DNA of 64,000 nt, taken from an uncultured Verrucomicrobiae bacterium. Lineage in GTDB: Bacteria; Verrucomicrobiota; Verrucomicrobiia; Chthoniobacterales; Chthoniobacteraceae. The DNA lies in assembly GCA_963769025.1 (NCBI GenBank), contig CAVYKI010000003.1:64001-128000 (forward strand), given 5' to 3'. This document shows positions 30,707 to 41,139 of the stretch, one piece after another. A program made the translations under genes and the position numbers. Position 1 is the first letter of the stretch, and each line of letters begins with the position of its first letter. The notes below the pieces were generated by a model. It saw only the letters and a program-made list of their open reading frames with translations. It made no database searches and had not been told where the DNA came from.

Positions 30707-32808
30707 TCACTCGCCGCCGAAGAATTTCCGGAACGAGCGCAGCAGGCCGCCCGCTCGGCCTTTCGGGCCTGCGCATGCCTCCGTCGTCCTGCGCGCCGCC
30801 GTCCCGCTTCACGAAGGGCACGAGCAACGTGTTTGAGTTTCGCCGCCGCCAGTCCTCGTGGGCCCGGCCGGATATTTCTCGGCTGGAGCGCGCTTCATCA
30901 CGTCCACCCACACGGGCAGCGCAAGCGCGGCGCCGTAGCCTCTCGGGACGATGGTCGCCGGCTTGTCGAGCCCGACCCACACGCCGCACGTGAGCGAAGT
31001 CGTGTAGCCGACGAACCACGCATCGTGGTAGTCGTCCGTCGTGCCGGTCTTGCCGGCGGCGGGCTTTGTCCAGCCGAGTGCCTTTGCGGAGGCTGCGGTG
31101 CCGCGCTGCATGACTTCCGTCAGAATGTCGCCGGTCGTCGCGCAGGTCTGCTTGTCGAGCGCGGCGACGGTGATGTGCGACGCCCGGAAGAGGATGTCCC
31201 CGTCCGCGGAGTCGATGCGCTCGATCATGTAGCCCTGGCGCCGCACGCCGCCATTGGCGAAGACGCTGTAGGCCACCGTCACGTCCTTCGGCGATGCGCC
31301 GAAATTGCCGACGTAGCTCTGCGCGCTCGTCGGGATTTCCGGCAGGCCGGCCTTCACGGCGAGCTTGGCCACGTTTTCCAGCCCGGCGCGATCGCCCACG
31401 CGGATGCTCATCGTGTTGCGAGAATGGATGAGCCCTTCCTCCGCCGGCAGCGCGTCGCCAAATTTGCCGTCGCTGTTTCCCGGGTGCCAGCCGCCGGCGT
31501 GCGCAATCTCGCCGGGTTCGAGCGGCCCGTCGCTGATCGTCGTGCCGGGCGAGAGGCCTTTTGCAAATGCCGCCGCGTACACGAACGGCTTGAACGTCGA
31601 GCCGACCGTGCGCCGCGCATCGATGGCGCGGTTGTACTTGCTGTCGCGGTAGTCGCGCCCGCCGACGAGCGCGCGGATGGCGCCGGTGCGGTTGTCCACG
31701 ACGACGACCGCGCCCTGCAGGTATTCCGTCGGCAATTCCTGCTTCCGCGCATCCTCGCCGTAGGCCGCCTTGCTCGGGTGCGGATAGCCGGTGCGCTGCT
31801 CGACTTTCGTCAGCGCGCGGTCGAGCGCCTTCTGCGCCTCGTCCTGCAGCACGGGATCGATCGTCGTGTAAATCTTCAGCCCTCCCTCGAGCTGCTGGTC
31901 GTCGTCGAGCAGCACGTCGAGTTCGCGCATCACCATGTCCATCGCGTAATTTTCCTGCGTGCTCACGCGCTTCGCGGCGACGACCTTCAGCGGCTGCTCC
32001 CGCGCGGTGGCGATGCTGGCGGCCGTGATGCCGTAGCGTTTCCGGATTTCCTCGCAGTCGGCAGCAGCAGCCGGTCGAGCACCATGTCGCGCTCGGCGTG
32101 GGCGCGTTTCGGATTCGTGAAAGGCGACGCCCTCGTCGGCGCGCGGATGATGCCCGCGATCATCGCCGCCTCGCTGAGCGAGAGGCTGGCCGCGGTTTTT
32201 CCAAAGTACGCCTTCGACGCCATCTCGATGCCGTAAACGCCGCTGCCGAAATAGATGCGGTTCACGTAGTGGCTGAGGATTTCCTCCTTTGAGTACCTCT
32301 GCTCGACGCGCAGCGCGACGAAAAGCTCGAGCAGCTTGCGGTCGAGGCTCTTTCGCTGGCCGAGCGAGTCGAAGCTGTTGCGCGCGAGCTGCTGCGTGAG
32401 CGTGGAGCCGCCCTGCTGCTGGCCCTGCGCCGTGCGCACGAATGCGCGCGCGAGGCCCTTCGGATCGACGCCCGGATGGGAAAAGAAACGCGTGTCCTCG
32501 CGGGCGAGCAGCGACGCGATGAAAAACGGCGACACGTCCGCGAGCGCCACGGCCACGCGATTTTCGCCCTGCAGCCGGCTCCAGATCTTGCCATCCATGT
32601 CGAAGACCGTGCTCCTTTCCCGCATGTGCTCCACCTCGCGGATGTCCAGCCGCGACGCCCTCCACCAATAGACGCCGAGCACGAGCGCCACGAGAAAGGC
32701 GGCGACGAAAGCCCACTTCAGAAAGAACCGCTTCCAGCGAAAGCGCGAGCGCGGCTTGTTCTGCTTCGAGCGCGAACGGCGCGCGGTGTTGGACGAACGG
32801 CTGGACAA
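30707..32808 (-). CDS. Class A penicillin-binding protein (transglycosylase/transpeptidase; frameshifted)
   Basis: EDTRFFSHPGVD, GGSTLTQQLARN, RKLLE, GSTFKPF, SRN, AGKTGT; ends ...SFRKFFGGE. Confidence 0.92.
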
Positions 32809-32969
32809 ATTGTGCGGGTTGGGAGTTGAGGCGCTTCGCGGGTTGAGAGTTGAAAGTTGCGCGTCGGGAGCAAAAAACACCTCTCGACGCCCGACAGGCA
32901 TTGCTCCGTAAGTAGCAGCCAACGCCCGCCTCTCGGCCCTCAATCACTCAACGTCTCAACCTGCCGCCC

Positions 32970-33688
32970 GTGCGCATCGACGTCCTCAGCCTCTTCCCCG
33001 CCATCGCCACCGCAGCCCTCTGCGAGAGCATGATGAAGCGCGCGCAGGAAAAGGGACTCTTCACTTTCAAGTCGCACGACCTCCGCGACTGGACACACGA
33101 CAAATACCGCCGCGCCGACGACGCGCCCTACGGCGGCGGGCAGGGCATGGTGATGAAATGCGAGCCCATCTTCGAGGCCGTGGAATCGCTGCGCACGCCT
33201 GAGACGCGCGTCGTCTTCATGGGCCCGTGCGGACGGCGCTTCGACCAGCGCATCGCGCAGGAATACTCCGGCTTTGGCAGGAGGCGGCCACCTCATCATC
33301 CTCTGCGGCCATTACGAAGGCGTGGACCAGCGCGTCCTCGACCATCTCGTGGACGACGAAATCTCCGTCGGCGACTACGTGCTGACCAATGGCGTCATCG
33401 CCGCCGTCGTCTTCGTGGACGCCATCGTGCGCCTCATCCCCGGCGTCCTCGGCGACGACGCCAGCGCGACCCGACGACAGCTTCGCCACCGGCCTCCTCG
33501 AGTTCCCCCACTACACGCGCCCGCCCGAGTTTCGCGGCTGGAAAATCCCCGACATCCTGCTCAGCGGCAACCACGCCCACATCGAACGCTGGCGCCGCGA
33601 GCAGGCCCTCGAACGCACCCGCCAGCGCAGGCCGGATTTGCTGCCGCCGGAGAATAAGTCAGACGACTTAGTGACCACTCTCGAATGA
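32970..33688 (+). CDS. trmD: tRNA (guanine-N1)-methyltransferase (frameshifted)
   Basis: [49 protein letters not shown]. Confidence 0.96.
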
Positions 33689-34290
33689 CAACACGATTTA
33701 TCCAAACTCTGCTGGCGTCGGCTGCTCATTGCGACGCCATCCGCACCAGCATCCGACCGAGCGGCCACGCGTGGCGTTGCTGTGGGTGCCATCCGTTGGG
33801 ATGCGTGGCACGGTGACGCGAGCGAGATCGGTCGCGCGATGCAGAAGAGTCTTTCGCCTAAACATTGGCAATGGCGACTCCCGTTCTTTGCCGAGGTGGC
33901 CAGGATGGGGTCGTGACCATCGCCGCAGACAGCGATGCGGTCATGACGCGCGAGATTGCTTATGCGCAGGCGGCGGTCGACTCGATTGACTGGGCTTTCG
34001 TCGCCTACGACGCAGAAAGCCCGATGAGCCGCGCGCTGAAGCGCTATCTGTGCAAATCCAGCCCGCGACAAGGTGCGCTTTTGCATGATTGGCGACGCGA
34101 GTCATTGGCGACCAGACAACTTTTGAATCGAGACAGCAGCAATCGCTAGTAACCATGTGCGACCACTCCAACCTCCTTCACGGACGTCCGCTCCTCTACA
34201 TCTTGACGGCTTTCGAATCCAACGAGACGGCGTCTGCGAAGGCCGGCTCGATTGGCGCGGCAGGCGGCGAGCGCTTGGCGCTGACCGCCC
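33685..34290 (+). pseudogene. Truncated, degenerate glycoside hydrolase-like (GH99/GH71-like) gene
   Basis: Fragments VGAIRWDAWHG...WRLPFF, MTREIAYAQAA...WAFVAY, GRPLLYI in different frames; no C-terminal half. Confidence 0.5.
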
Positions 34291-34317
34291 GGCCAGCAGC
34301 TCCGCGATTCCTTTCCC

Positions 34318-34830
34318 GTGCCGACGAGCTCGACAAGGCCCGAGGAAGGCGAAGGCATTTGCCGCCGCGGCAGCGGCTCGCGCTCGCCGAGTGCCTACTG
34401 GAGAGCGCGGAGGCACGGGCCGATCCCGATCGCGGAACGACGCGGTATGTCGAAGATTTCTGGAACCGCATCCGCGCCACGAGAGGGCCAGAGGCCGGTG
34501 TCCCTGGCGAGGACCGGCTGCGCTCGGCGGAAGCGCGTCTGGATCCGAGAACTCCGCTTTGTCGGAGAGGCGCAACGATGGATTTCTCGATGCGATCTCT
34601 TCTACGACGAAGCCCTGCCGGGATCGGCGGCGAGTCGAGGACGAGCCGTGGAGTGGAGCATCCAGCGGATTGCCAACCACCCCGATCTCACCGGCTCCGA
34701 CCGGTCGCATATCGCCGCATCAATCTCGACAAGGGATGGCTTTCCCCACTGCGGCCTACAGCGTCAGAGGAGAACCGCGTATGGGGTCTCGCTGTGGCTC
34801 ATGGCAGCCGCGAAATCGCCGCCTTGCTGC
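34318..34830 (+). pseudogene. Degenerate addiction-module antitoxin plus RelE/ParE toxin pair
   Basis: LPPRQRLALAECLLES...RIRA, then fragments FLDAIS/FYDE, IQRIANHP, YRRINL, LAVAHGSR. Confidence 0.6.
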
Positions 34831-34875
34831 ATTGCGCCTTTCCGCGCGGCGAAGTCGTGTCCCGATCGTCTGCTC

Positions 34876-34969
34876 GTGAAGCGCCCCGTCCTCTACATCC
34901 GCGGCCTCGTCGTCCATCGCGACGGCACGCTCATCCTCGACCGGCTCGACTGGCGCGTGCAGCGCGGCG
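34876..34969 (+). repeat. 94-bp orphan copy of the first 31 codons of the ABC ATPase gene (direct repeat of 35560-35653)
   Basis: Direct alignment shows 5 mismatches in 94 nt and no indels. Confidence 0.95.
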
Positions 34970-35025
34970 GCGCGGCAGGGTGTTTCCGCCCTTGTTCCGA
35001 AATCGGGAGGCGATATTCTCCCGGC

Positions 35026-35259
35026 ATGATTCTCGAAACCATTCCCGACGTGAGCCGGATGACGCCTGCCGAAAAGCTCCTTCTCGTCAGCGAGCTTTGG
35101 GATGATTTGGCCGCGCACCCGACCGAAGTGCCCGTGTCCCGCGAGCAGATTGCCGAACTCGACCGCCGCATGGAGGCATACCGCCGCGACCCCAGCCAGG
35201 TCACTTCATGGGAGGCCATCCAGCAGCGCATCCTCGGCAGGACTCTCGGCGGTGAGTGA
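35026..35259 (+). CDS. Putative addiction module antitoxin (TIGR02574-like)
   Basis: MTPAEKLLLVSELWDDL...QIAELDRRMEAY..DP...SWEAI..RI. Confidence 0.88.
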   Translation: MILETIPDVSRMTPAEKLLLVSELWDDLAAHPTEVPVSREQIAELDRRMEAYRRDPSQVTSWEAIQQRILGRTLGGE

Positions 35260-35559
35260 GCTGGTCTTCCTGTTCATCGCCGACGCTGACATCCAGACCG
35301 CCTACGAATTTTACGAGGCATGTCAGACCGGGCGCGGCGAGATTTTCATGCGCCATCTCGATGTGGCTTTCGGACGCCTGCGCACTTTCCCGGAGGTTGC
35401 GCCTGTTTTTTCGGGGCTTACCGGCGGTTGCTCATCCACGGATTTCCATACGGCATTTTCTACACGCTCGAAGGACGCCGCATCATCATCTCAGGCGTGA
35501 TGGATCTCCGTCAGGATCCCGGTGTGATTCGCCGAAGGCTCGGCGGACAGAACGCGCTG
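35252..35559 (+). CDS. RelE/ParE family toxin (one frameshift; reads into the ABC gene as assembled)
   Basis: ADADIQTAYEFYE...G..F...L..FPE, then YRRLLIHGFPYGIFY...II..VMDLRQDP. Confidence 0.85.
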
Positions 35560-36357
35560 ATGAAACGCCCCGTCCTCGACATCCGCGGCCTCGTCGTCCA
35601 TCGCGACGGGACGCTCATCCTCGACCGGCTCGACTGGCGCGTGCGGCGCGGCGAGCACTGGGTCATCCTCGGCGCGAACGGCTCCGGCAAGACTTCGCTC
35701 CTCAGCGCGCTCACCGGCTACCTCACGCCGAGCGCGGGCGAGATCGAACTGCTCGGCGAGACCTACGGCAATTCCGACTGGCGCGAACTGCGCAAGCGCG
35801 TCGGCCTCGTCAGTTCCGCCATCCGGCAAAAGGTCCCCGACTGGGACCCCGCCGGCCTCGTCGTCATCGGCGGAAAATACGCCATGCTCGACTACTGGGG
35901 CCGCGTCACCCGCGCCGACCGCGCCGAAGCCGCGAAGGTCATGCGCGCCACCGAGTGCGCGCATCTCGCGGAGCGCGAATGGGGCGTCCTCTCGCAGGGC
36001 GAACGCCAGCGCGTGCTCATCGCCCGCGCGCTCATGGCGAAGCCCGCCGTGCTCATCCTCGACGAACCGTGCGCCGGTCTTGATCCCGTCGCGCGCGAGC
36101 AATTCCTCGACTTCATGCAGCGCCTCGCGCGCGGAAGGTCGCGGGAAAACTCCCCCACGCTGCTCTTCGTCACGCATCACGTGGAGGAGATCGTCCCCGC
36201 CATCACGCACGCGCTGCTTCTGCGAGAAGGCCGCGTCACCGCCGCCGGCCCGGCGCGGAAAATCCTCACGGGCAAAAATCTCACGCACACTTTCGCCGCC
36301 CCGCTCCGCCTCCGCCGCCGCGACGGACGCTGGACGCTGCATCACAAGGCGGACTGA
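35560..36357 (+). CDS. ABC transporter ATP-binding protein (ModF-like)
   Basis: Walker A GANGSGKT, signature LSQGERQR, Walker B LILDEP, VTHH. Confidence 0.93.
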   Translation: MKRPVLDIRGLVVHRDGTLILDRLDWRVRRGEHWVILGANGSGKTSLLSALTGYLTPSAGEIELLGETYGNSDWRELRKRVGLVSSAIRQKVPDWDPAGLVVIGGKYAMLDYWGRVTRADRAEAAKVMRATECAHLAEREWGVLSQGERQRVLIARALMAKPAVLILDEPCAGLDPVAREQFLDFMQRLARGRSRENSPTLLFVTHHVEEIVPAITHALLLREGRVTAAGPARKILTGKNLTHTFAAPLRLRRRDGRWTLHHKAD

Positions 36358-36415
36358 GCACCGGGAGAAATGCCTTGCTGGGTCGGATGCCGCTTCCTAA
36401 GACGGCGGGACTCGC

Positions 36416-37460
36416 ATGCCCGCAGCGGCCCAACTTTCGCTGGTGGTTCCGTGCTTCAATGAACAGGAGGCGCTGCCTCATTTGCTCGAAGCACTGATCC
36501 CCGTGCTTGAACGGGAGGCAGGGCCGCACTGGGAGGTGATCCTGGTGGATGATGGAAGCTCGGACCGGACCTTCGAGATCATCGTGCAGGCGAACCTGAA
36601 GGATCCGCGCGTGAAGGGCGTTTCGCTAAGCCGGAACTTTGGCCATCAGCCGGCGGTGACGTGCGGGCTGGCGTTTGCCTCGGGCGAAGCCGTGGGGCTG
36701 ATGGACTGCGACCTGCAGGATTCGCCGGAGGTGCTCGCGCAGCTCTACCGCAAGGTCCGTGACGAAGGCTACGACATCGCCTACGCGGTGCGGGAAAAGC
36801 GCGACGCTTCGGTGGTGAAGAATTTCCTCTACCGGAATTTCTACCGGCTCATGCGCGGCGTGTCCGAGCACCGTGGACGGAGGATGCGGGCGATTTTTCC
36901 GTGTTCCACCGCCGGGTACACCAGACGATCCTCGGGATGCCGGAGGCCGTGCGCGTGCTGCGCGGGCTGCGTTCGTGGGTGGGCTTTCGAGCAGTGCGCA
37001 GTGCCCGTGGAACGCCCGCGGGCGCAAGCACGGGACGACGAAGTACAGCATGGTGCGGCTGTGCTCGCTGGGGCTGAGTTCCATCACGGGCTTCAGCTAT
37101 GTGCCGCTGCGACTGGCGAGCATGATCGGTTTGGGAATGGCCGCGCTCAGCCTGCTGCTCGGCGGGCTGTTCGTGCTGAACCGCATTTTTCCGAGGCTCA
37201 CCGTGCTGCACTACTGGATCGGTGCCAGCCCGGGCACGACGACGATCATCCTGATCCTGCTCGCCGTGTCGGCGATGCTTTTCCTCTGCCTCGGAGTCGT
37301 CGGGGAATATCTCATCGTCATGCTCAAGGAACTCAAACGCCGGCCCACGGCGATCGCGCGCGCAGTGATCGGAGATCTGAAATCAAACGCGTCGGTCAAC
37401 ATCCTGTCCGTGCCGGAACTCGACGCCGCCGACATTGCGGCGGGAAAGGAGTCCAGGTGA
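36416..37460 (+). CDS. Glycosyltransferase family 2, GtrB/ArnC-like (frameshifted)
   Basis: VVPCFNE, VDDGSSD, LSRNFGHQ, MDCDLQD, two C-terminal TM helices. Confidence 0.9.
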
Positions 37461-38224
37461 GGCCCGACATCAAATACCTCTCCAAGCCCGAGGGGGTGAG
37501 CATGGGGGACGCGTGGTTTTCCATCGCGTCGCTCAGGCATTTCTGGATTCGCCGGCGGTTTCAGGTGCTGCAAGAGCTCGCGGGCGATTTTCCGTGGCGC
37601 ACGTCGCGGCTCGGGGAGATCGGGTGCGGCTCGGGACTCGTGCAGCGGCAGGTGGAGGAGCACTTCGGCACGACGCTCGACGGCTTTGATCTGAACGAAT
37701 ACGCGCTCAAGGAATCCGTCTGCCAGACCAGCCAGCGCCATTGCTACAATATCTTCGCGCGCGACGCTGCGTACAAGGCCATCTACGACGGGATGATCCT
37801 CTTCGATGTCATCGAGCACCTCGATGACCACCGCGGATTTCTGGAGGCCGCGATGTTTCATGTGAAGCCGGGCGGGCGCGTGTTCATCAATGTCCCGGCG
37901 GATGCCGACCTCATGTCCGCTTACGACACGGCTGCGGGCCATGTGCGGCGCTACGGCGCGGAGGATCTGCTCGAACTTTGCAAGGCCTGCGGACTGCACG
38001 TGGAAAACTGGACCTATTGGGGCAGGCCGCTGAGGCCGCTGCTGCAGGTGCGCCGTTGGAAATTGCGCCATGCCACCGACGCGGATGCAATCCTCCGGTC
38101 CGGATTTGCGCCGCCGGGAGCGATCGGGAATGCGCTGCTGCTGCTGCTGAGCCGGTTCGAGTCCATCCCCCAGCATCGCGCCGGCTCCTCGCTCATGCTG
38201 GTCGCCCGGATGCCGCAAAGTTAG
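37457..38224 (+). CDS. Class I SAM-dependent methyltransferase
   Basis: HFWIRRR, EIGCGSG, FDVIEHL, VPA...S.YD...GHVRRY. Confidence 0.87.
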   Translation: MRPDIKYLSKPEGVSMGDAWFSIASLRHFWIRRRFQVLQELAGDFPWRTSRLGEIGCGSGLVQRQVEEHFGTTLDGFDLNEYALKESVCQTSQRHCYNIFARDAAYKAIYDGMILFDVIEHLDDHRGFLEAAMFHVKPGGRVFINVPADADLMSAYDTAAGHVRRYGAEDLLELCKACGLHVENWTYWGRPLRPLLQVRRWKLRHATDADAILRSGFAPPGAIGNALLLLLSRFESIPQHRAGSSLMLVARMPQS

Positions 38225-39235
38225 CGCATCCGGCAGCAGAGCGGCGGTTCACGCTTTGCAGTCCGCCGCGGGATCGGGACTCCTTGAACGCCGTCGCGAA
38301 CAACTCGGCGAACGTCGCGGGGAGTTTGGCACCGAAGGGAAGCATGCACCGCGCGGCATGATAGCCGAGCGCGCGGTAGCTCTCGAACTGTGATTCGCTG
38401 AAGAACTGATCGCCCGTCGTCTCATGCGGGAAATCCGGGTTGCTCGCCGCGTAGTTGGTCAGATCGACCGACTCGCCTCCGCAGAGCAGCGGCTTGATAT
38501 AAAGGATCCGGCCCGGCTTCCCGTCGCCGTAGTCGATCTCGCCGAGGGCCGCGCAGCAGCGCTCCTTCGCGTCCGCGCACTTCGCGACGCGGTCGAGGTT
38601 CCTGAAGGTGATGTCGATTCCGAGATCGATCCGGATTTTCCGCACCGTGCCGCCGAGCCCCTCGAACTGCGAGTCGCCGTCCTGCTCGGCGTCGATGAGC
38701 ACGATCCAGCGGCAGCGGCGCAGCACCATCTCGTAGAGCCCCATGTTGTCGAAGTGGCCGCCGTCCGAGAGCTGGACGTGGTCCGAGTCATCCCGCGTCT
38801 TCCCGAACAGCTCCGCGAGCAGCGGGACGAGCGCGTGCTTCGGCCCGTCCATCCGCCACGTGCCTTCGCATTTCGGGTTCCCCAGCCACCAGCCGAGCCG
38901 CACGTTGAAAATGGTCATCAGCAGCGTGAGCACGGGCGACGAGTGATAGCCTTGGTTCGGGTTTGCCGCGGCGCCGGAGATGGCCATCGCCGTGCCGAGC
39001 GAGATCCCGCCGCCAAAGGACTCGCTCCGGCGGTAGCCGATGCGGTGGTTGCCGCAGTGCAGCGGCGAGGCGGTGAAGGAATCGGCCATGCGCTCCTGCC
39101 ATGCGAGCTCGTCGGTATCCACGAGGTTCAGCGCCATCGTCACCACGTGGAAGAGCCGCTTCTTCGGCGCGAGATGGAAGTCGATGTTATCCTCAGGACG
39201 AAACCGTGAACGATGCGCCGCCGCGGTTTCTTCCT
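38193..39235 (-). pseudogene. C-terminal fragment of a large patatin-like phospholipase family gene
   Basis: AMAISGAA.NPN, NVRLGWW, LSDGGHFDNMG, FPHETTGDQFFSESQFESYR; no N-terminal GGG/GxSxG region upstream. Confidence 0.7.
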
Positions 39236-39236
39236 C

Positions 39237-39567
39237 GCAGGAAAAGCCAACGCCATCCACTTCCTACTTGCGCGTCAAAGATCGACCGGCCCAAACCGAC
39301 ACGGCGGCGCCCACAGCAGCCCGAGCGGAACGCAGAACGCCGCGATCCCGGGAGATTCCGAAGCAGGAAAAGCCAACGCCATCCACTTCCTACTTGCGCG
39401 TCAAAGATCGACCGGCCCGGATCATCAGGATACCGGGAAAACAGCGCCAGAGGAGGAGTTGCGAGCAGCCGTGGCGATGGCGACGCGCCGCGGAAACCGA
39501 CACGGTTGCTGCCACACACAAGCCCTAGCGGAACCCTGAACGCCGCAAGTTTTCCGGAGATTCCAAG
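39237..39567. repeat. Interleaved direct repeats A-B-A-C-B'
   Basis: A is an exact 56-bp copy at 39237-39292 and 39363-39418. B (39293 to about 39362) is a degenerate match to 39494-39567. Confidence 0.9.
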
Positions 39568-39672
39568 GTCGCCCTGCCGCCGCGTGGAGAGGTTCACGAT
39601 ACTCCGTCGCGGAGGCAGAAACGTGCCCCATTTGCTGCCAAAAAAATTTCTAATGGAGGTCCGCGCCTCGCG

Positions 39673-39702
39673 TTGACACGATGATTAATTCGCTGTTAAT
39701 TT
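39673..39702 (+). promoter_or_regulatory. Sigma-70 promoter of the DUF1501 operon
   Basis: TTGACA with an extended -10 TGnTAATTT, in an AT-rich patch. Confidence 0.7.
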
Positions 39703-39727
39703 CACCTCACCGCCACGACCACACCTC

Positions 39728-41121
39728 ATGAACATCTCCGAACACCGTCCTTCCACTGCTGACTTCTGCGTCACGCGCCGTCAGTTCCTCAACCGCTTCG
39801 GCATGGGCTTCGGCGCCCTGAGCCTCGCGGGCCTCCTCGGCGAGACCGCCAGCGCCGCCGCCAGCCTCTCGCCGACCACGCGCACGTGCGCCGCATTTCC
39901 CGGGCACGGCCAAGCGCGTCATCCACATCTTCTCGCAGGGCGGACCTTCGCACATCGACACGTGGGATCCGAAGCCGGGCATGGCGAAATACGCAGGCCA
40001 GGATGTGCCGCTCATCGGCGGTCTCCCGCTGCCGTCGGTTTTCAATTTCAGCAAGAGGGGCAAGAGCGGCATCGACGTGAGCGAGGTTTTCCCGAAGATC
40101 GGCGAGAGCATCGACGACATCGCGGTCATCCGCTCGATGACGACGGACATCCCGGCGCACGAATTTGCGACGCTGATGATGAACACCGGCTCGGGCCGGC
40201 TCGTGAAGCCCTCGATGGGCGCGTGGTCGCTCTACGGCCTCGGCACGGAGAACGAAAACCTGCCCGGCTTCATCGCACTCGGCGGCGGCCTCGGCGGCGC
40301 GGCGAACTGGCGCTGCGGGCTTCCTCCCCGGGGCCTTCCAAGGCACGCTCGTGAGCAGCGTCAGCCAGCCGGCGGAGAAAATCATCGAGAACATCAAGAG
40401 CCACTACGCAACGCTCGCGCAGCAGCGCAAGCAGCTCGACCTGCTCAAGCAGCTCAATGAGATGCACGCCGAACAGCTCAAGCGCGAGTCGGTCCTCGAG
40501 GCGCGCATCCAGTCGTTCGAGCTGGCGTTCAAGATGCAGACGGAGGCGATGGACGTCTTCGACGTCACCAAGGAGCCGGAGAACATCCGCGTCGATGTAC
40601 GGCGATTCCGAAACCGGCCGCCGCATGCTCGTCGCTCGCCGACTCGTGGAGAATGGCGTGCGCTTTGTCCAGGTCTGGGCCGGCGGCTGGGATCACCACA
40701 CCGACGTGAAGGGCAACCTCCGCAAGCAGGCCGAGAACATCGACCAGCCCATCGGCGCGCTCCTTCAAGGATCTCAAGCAGCGCGGCATGCTCAAGGACA
40801 CGCTGGTCGTCTGGGGCGGCGAATTCGGCCGCACCCCGCGCCACGACAAGGGCGCGCGCGGCGAACCCGGACGCGACCATCACCACAAGGCGTTCTGCTC
40901 GTGGATGGCCGGCGGCGGCGTCAAGGGCGGCCAGACCTACGGCGCAGACCGACGAGTTCGGCTACGATGTCGTGGACAACAAGGTCCACGTCCACGACCT
41001 GCACGCGACGATCCTTCATCTCCTCGGCTTCGATCACGAGAAGCTCACCTATCGCTACAACGGCCGCGATTTCCGTCTCACGGACGTCTTCGGCAATGTC
41101 GTGAAGGACCTCATCGCCTAA
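39728..41121 (+). CDS. DUF1501 protein with Tat signal (frameshifted)
   Basis: [54 protein letters not shown]. Confidence 0.9.
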
Positions 41122-41139
41122 GCAGCCCCACTCCATATC

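Noticed and set aside
36416..38224. 602-aa glycosyltransferase-methyltransferase fusion shown in the ORF track
   Set aside because: Frameshift artefact; the GT ends at TGA 37460, overlapping the GTG start of the methyltransferase.
39237..39418. Possible CRISPR array
   Set aside because: Only two copies of a 56-bp unit, a 70-bp spacer that is itself repeated, and no cas genes.
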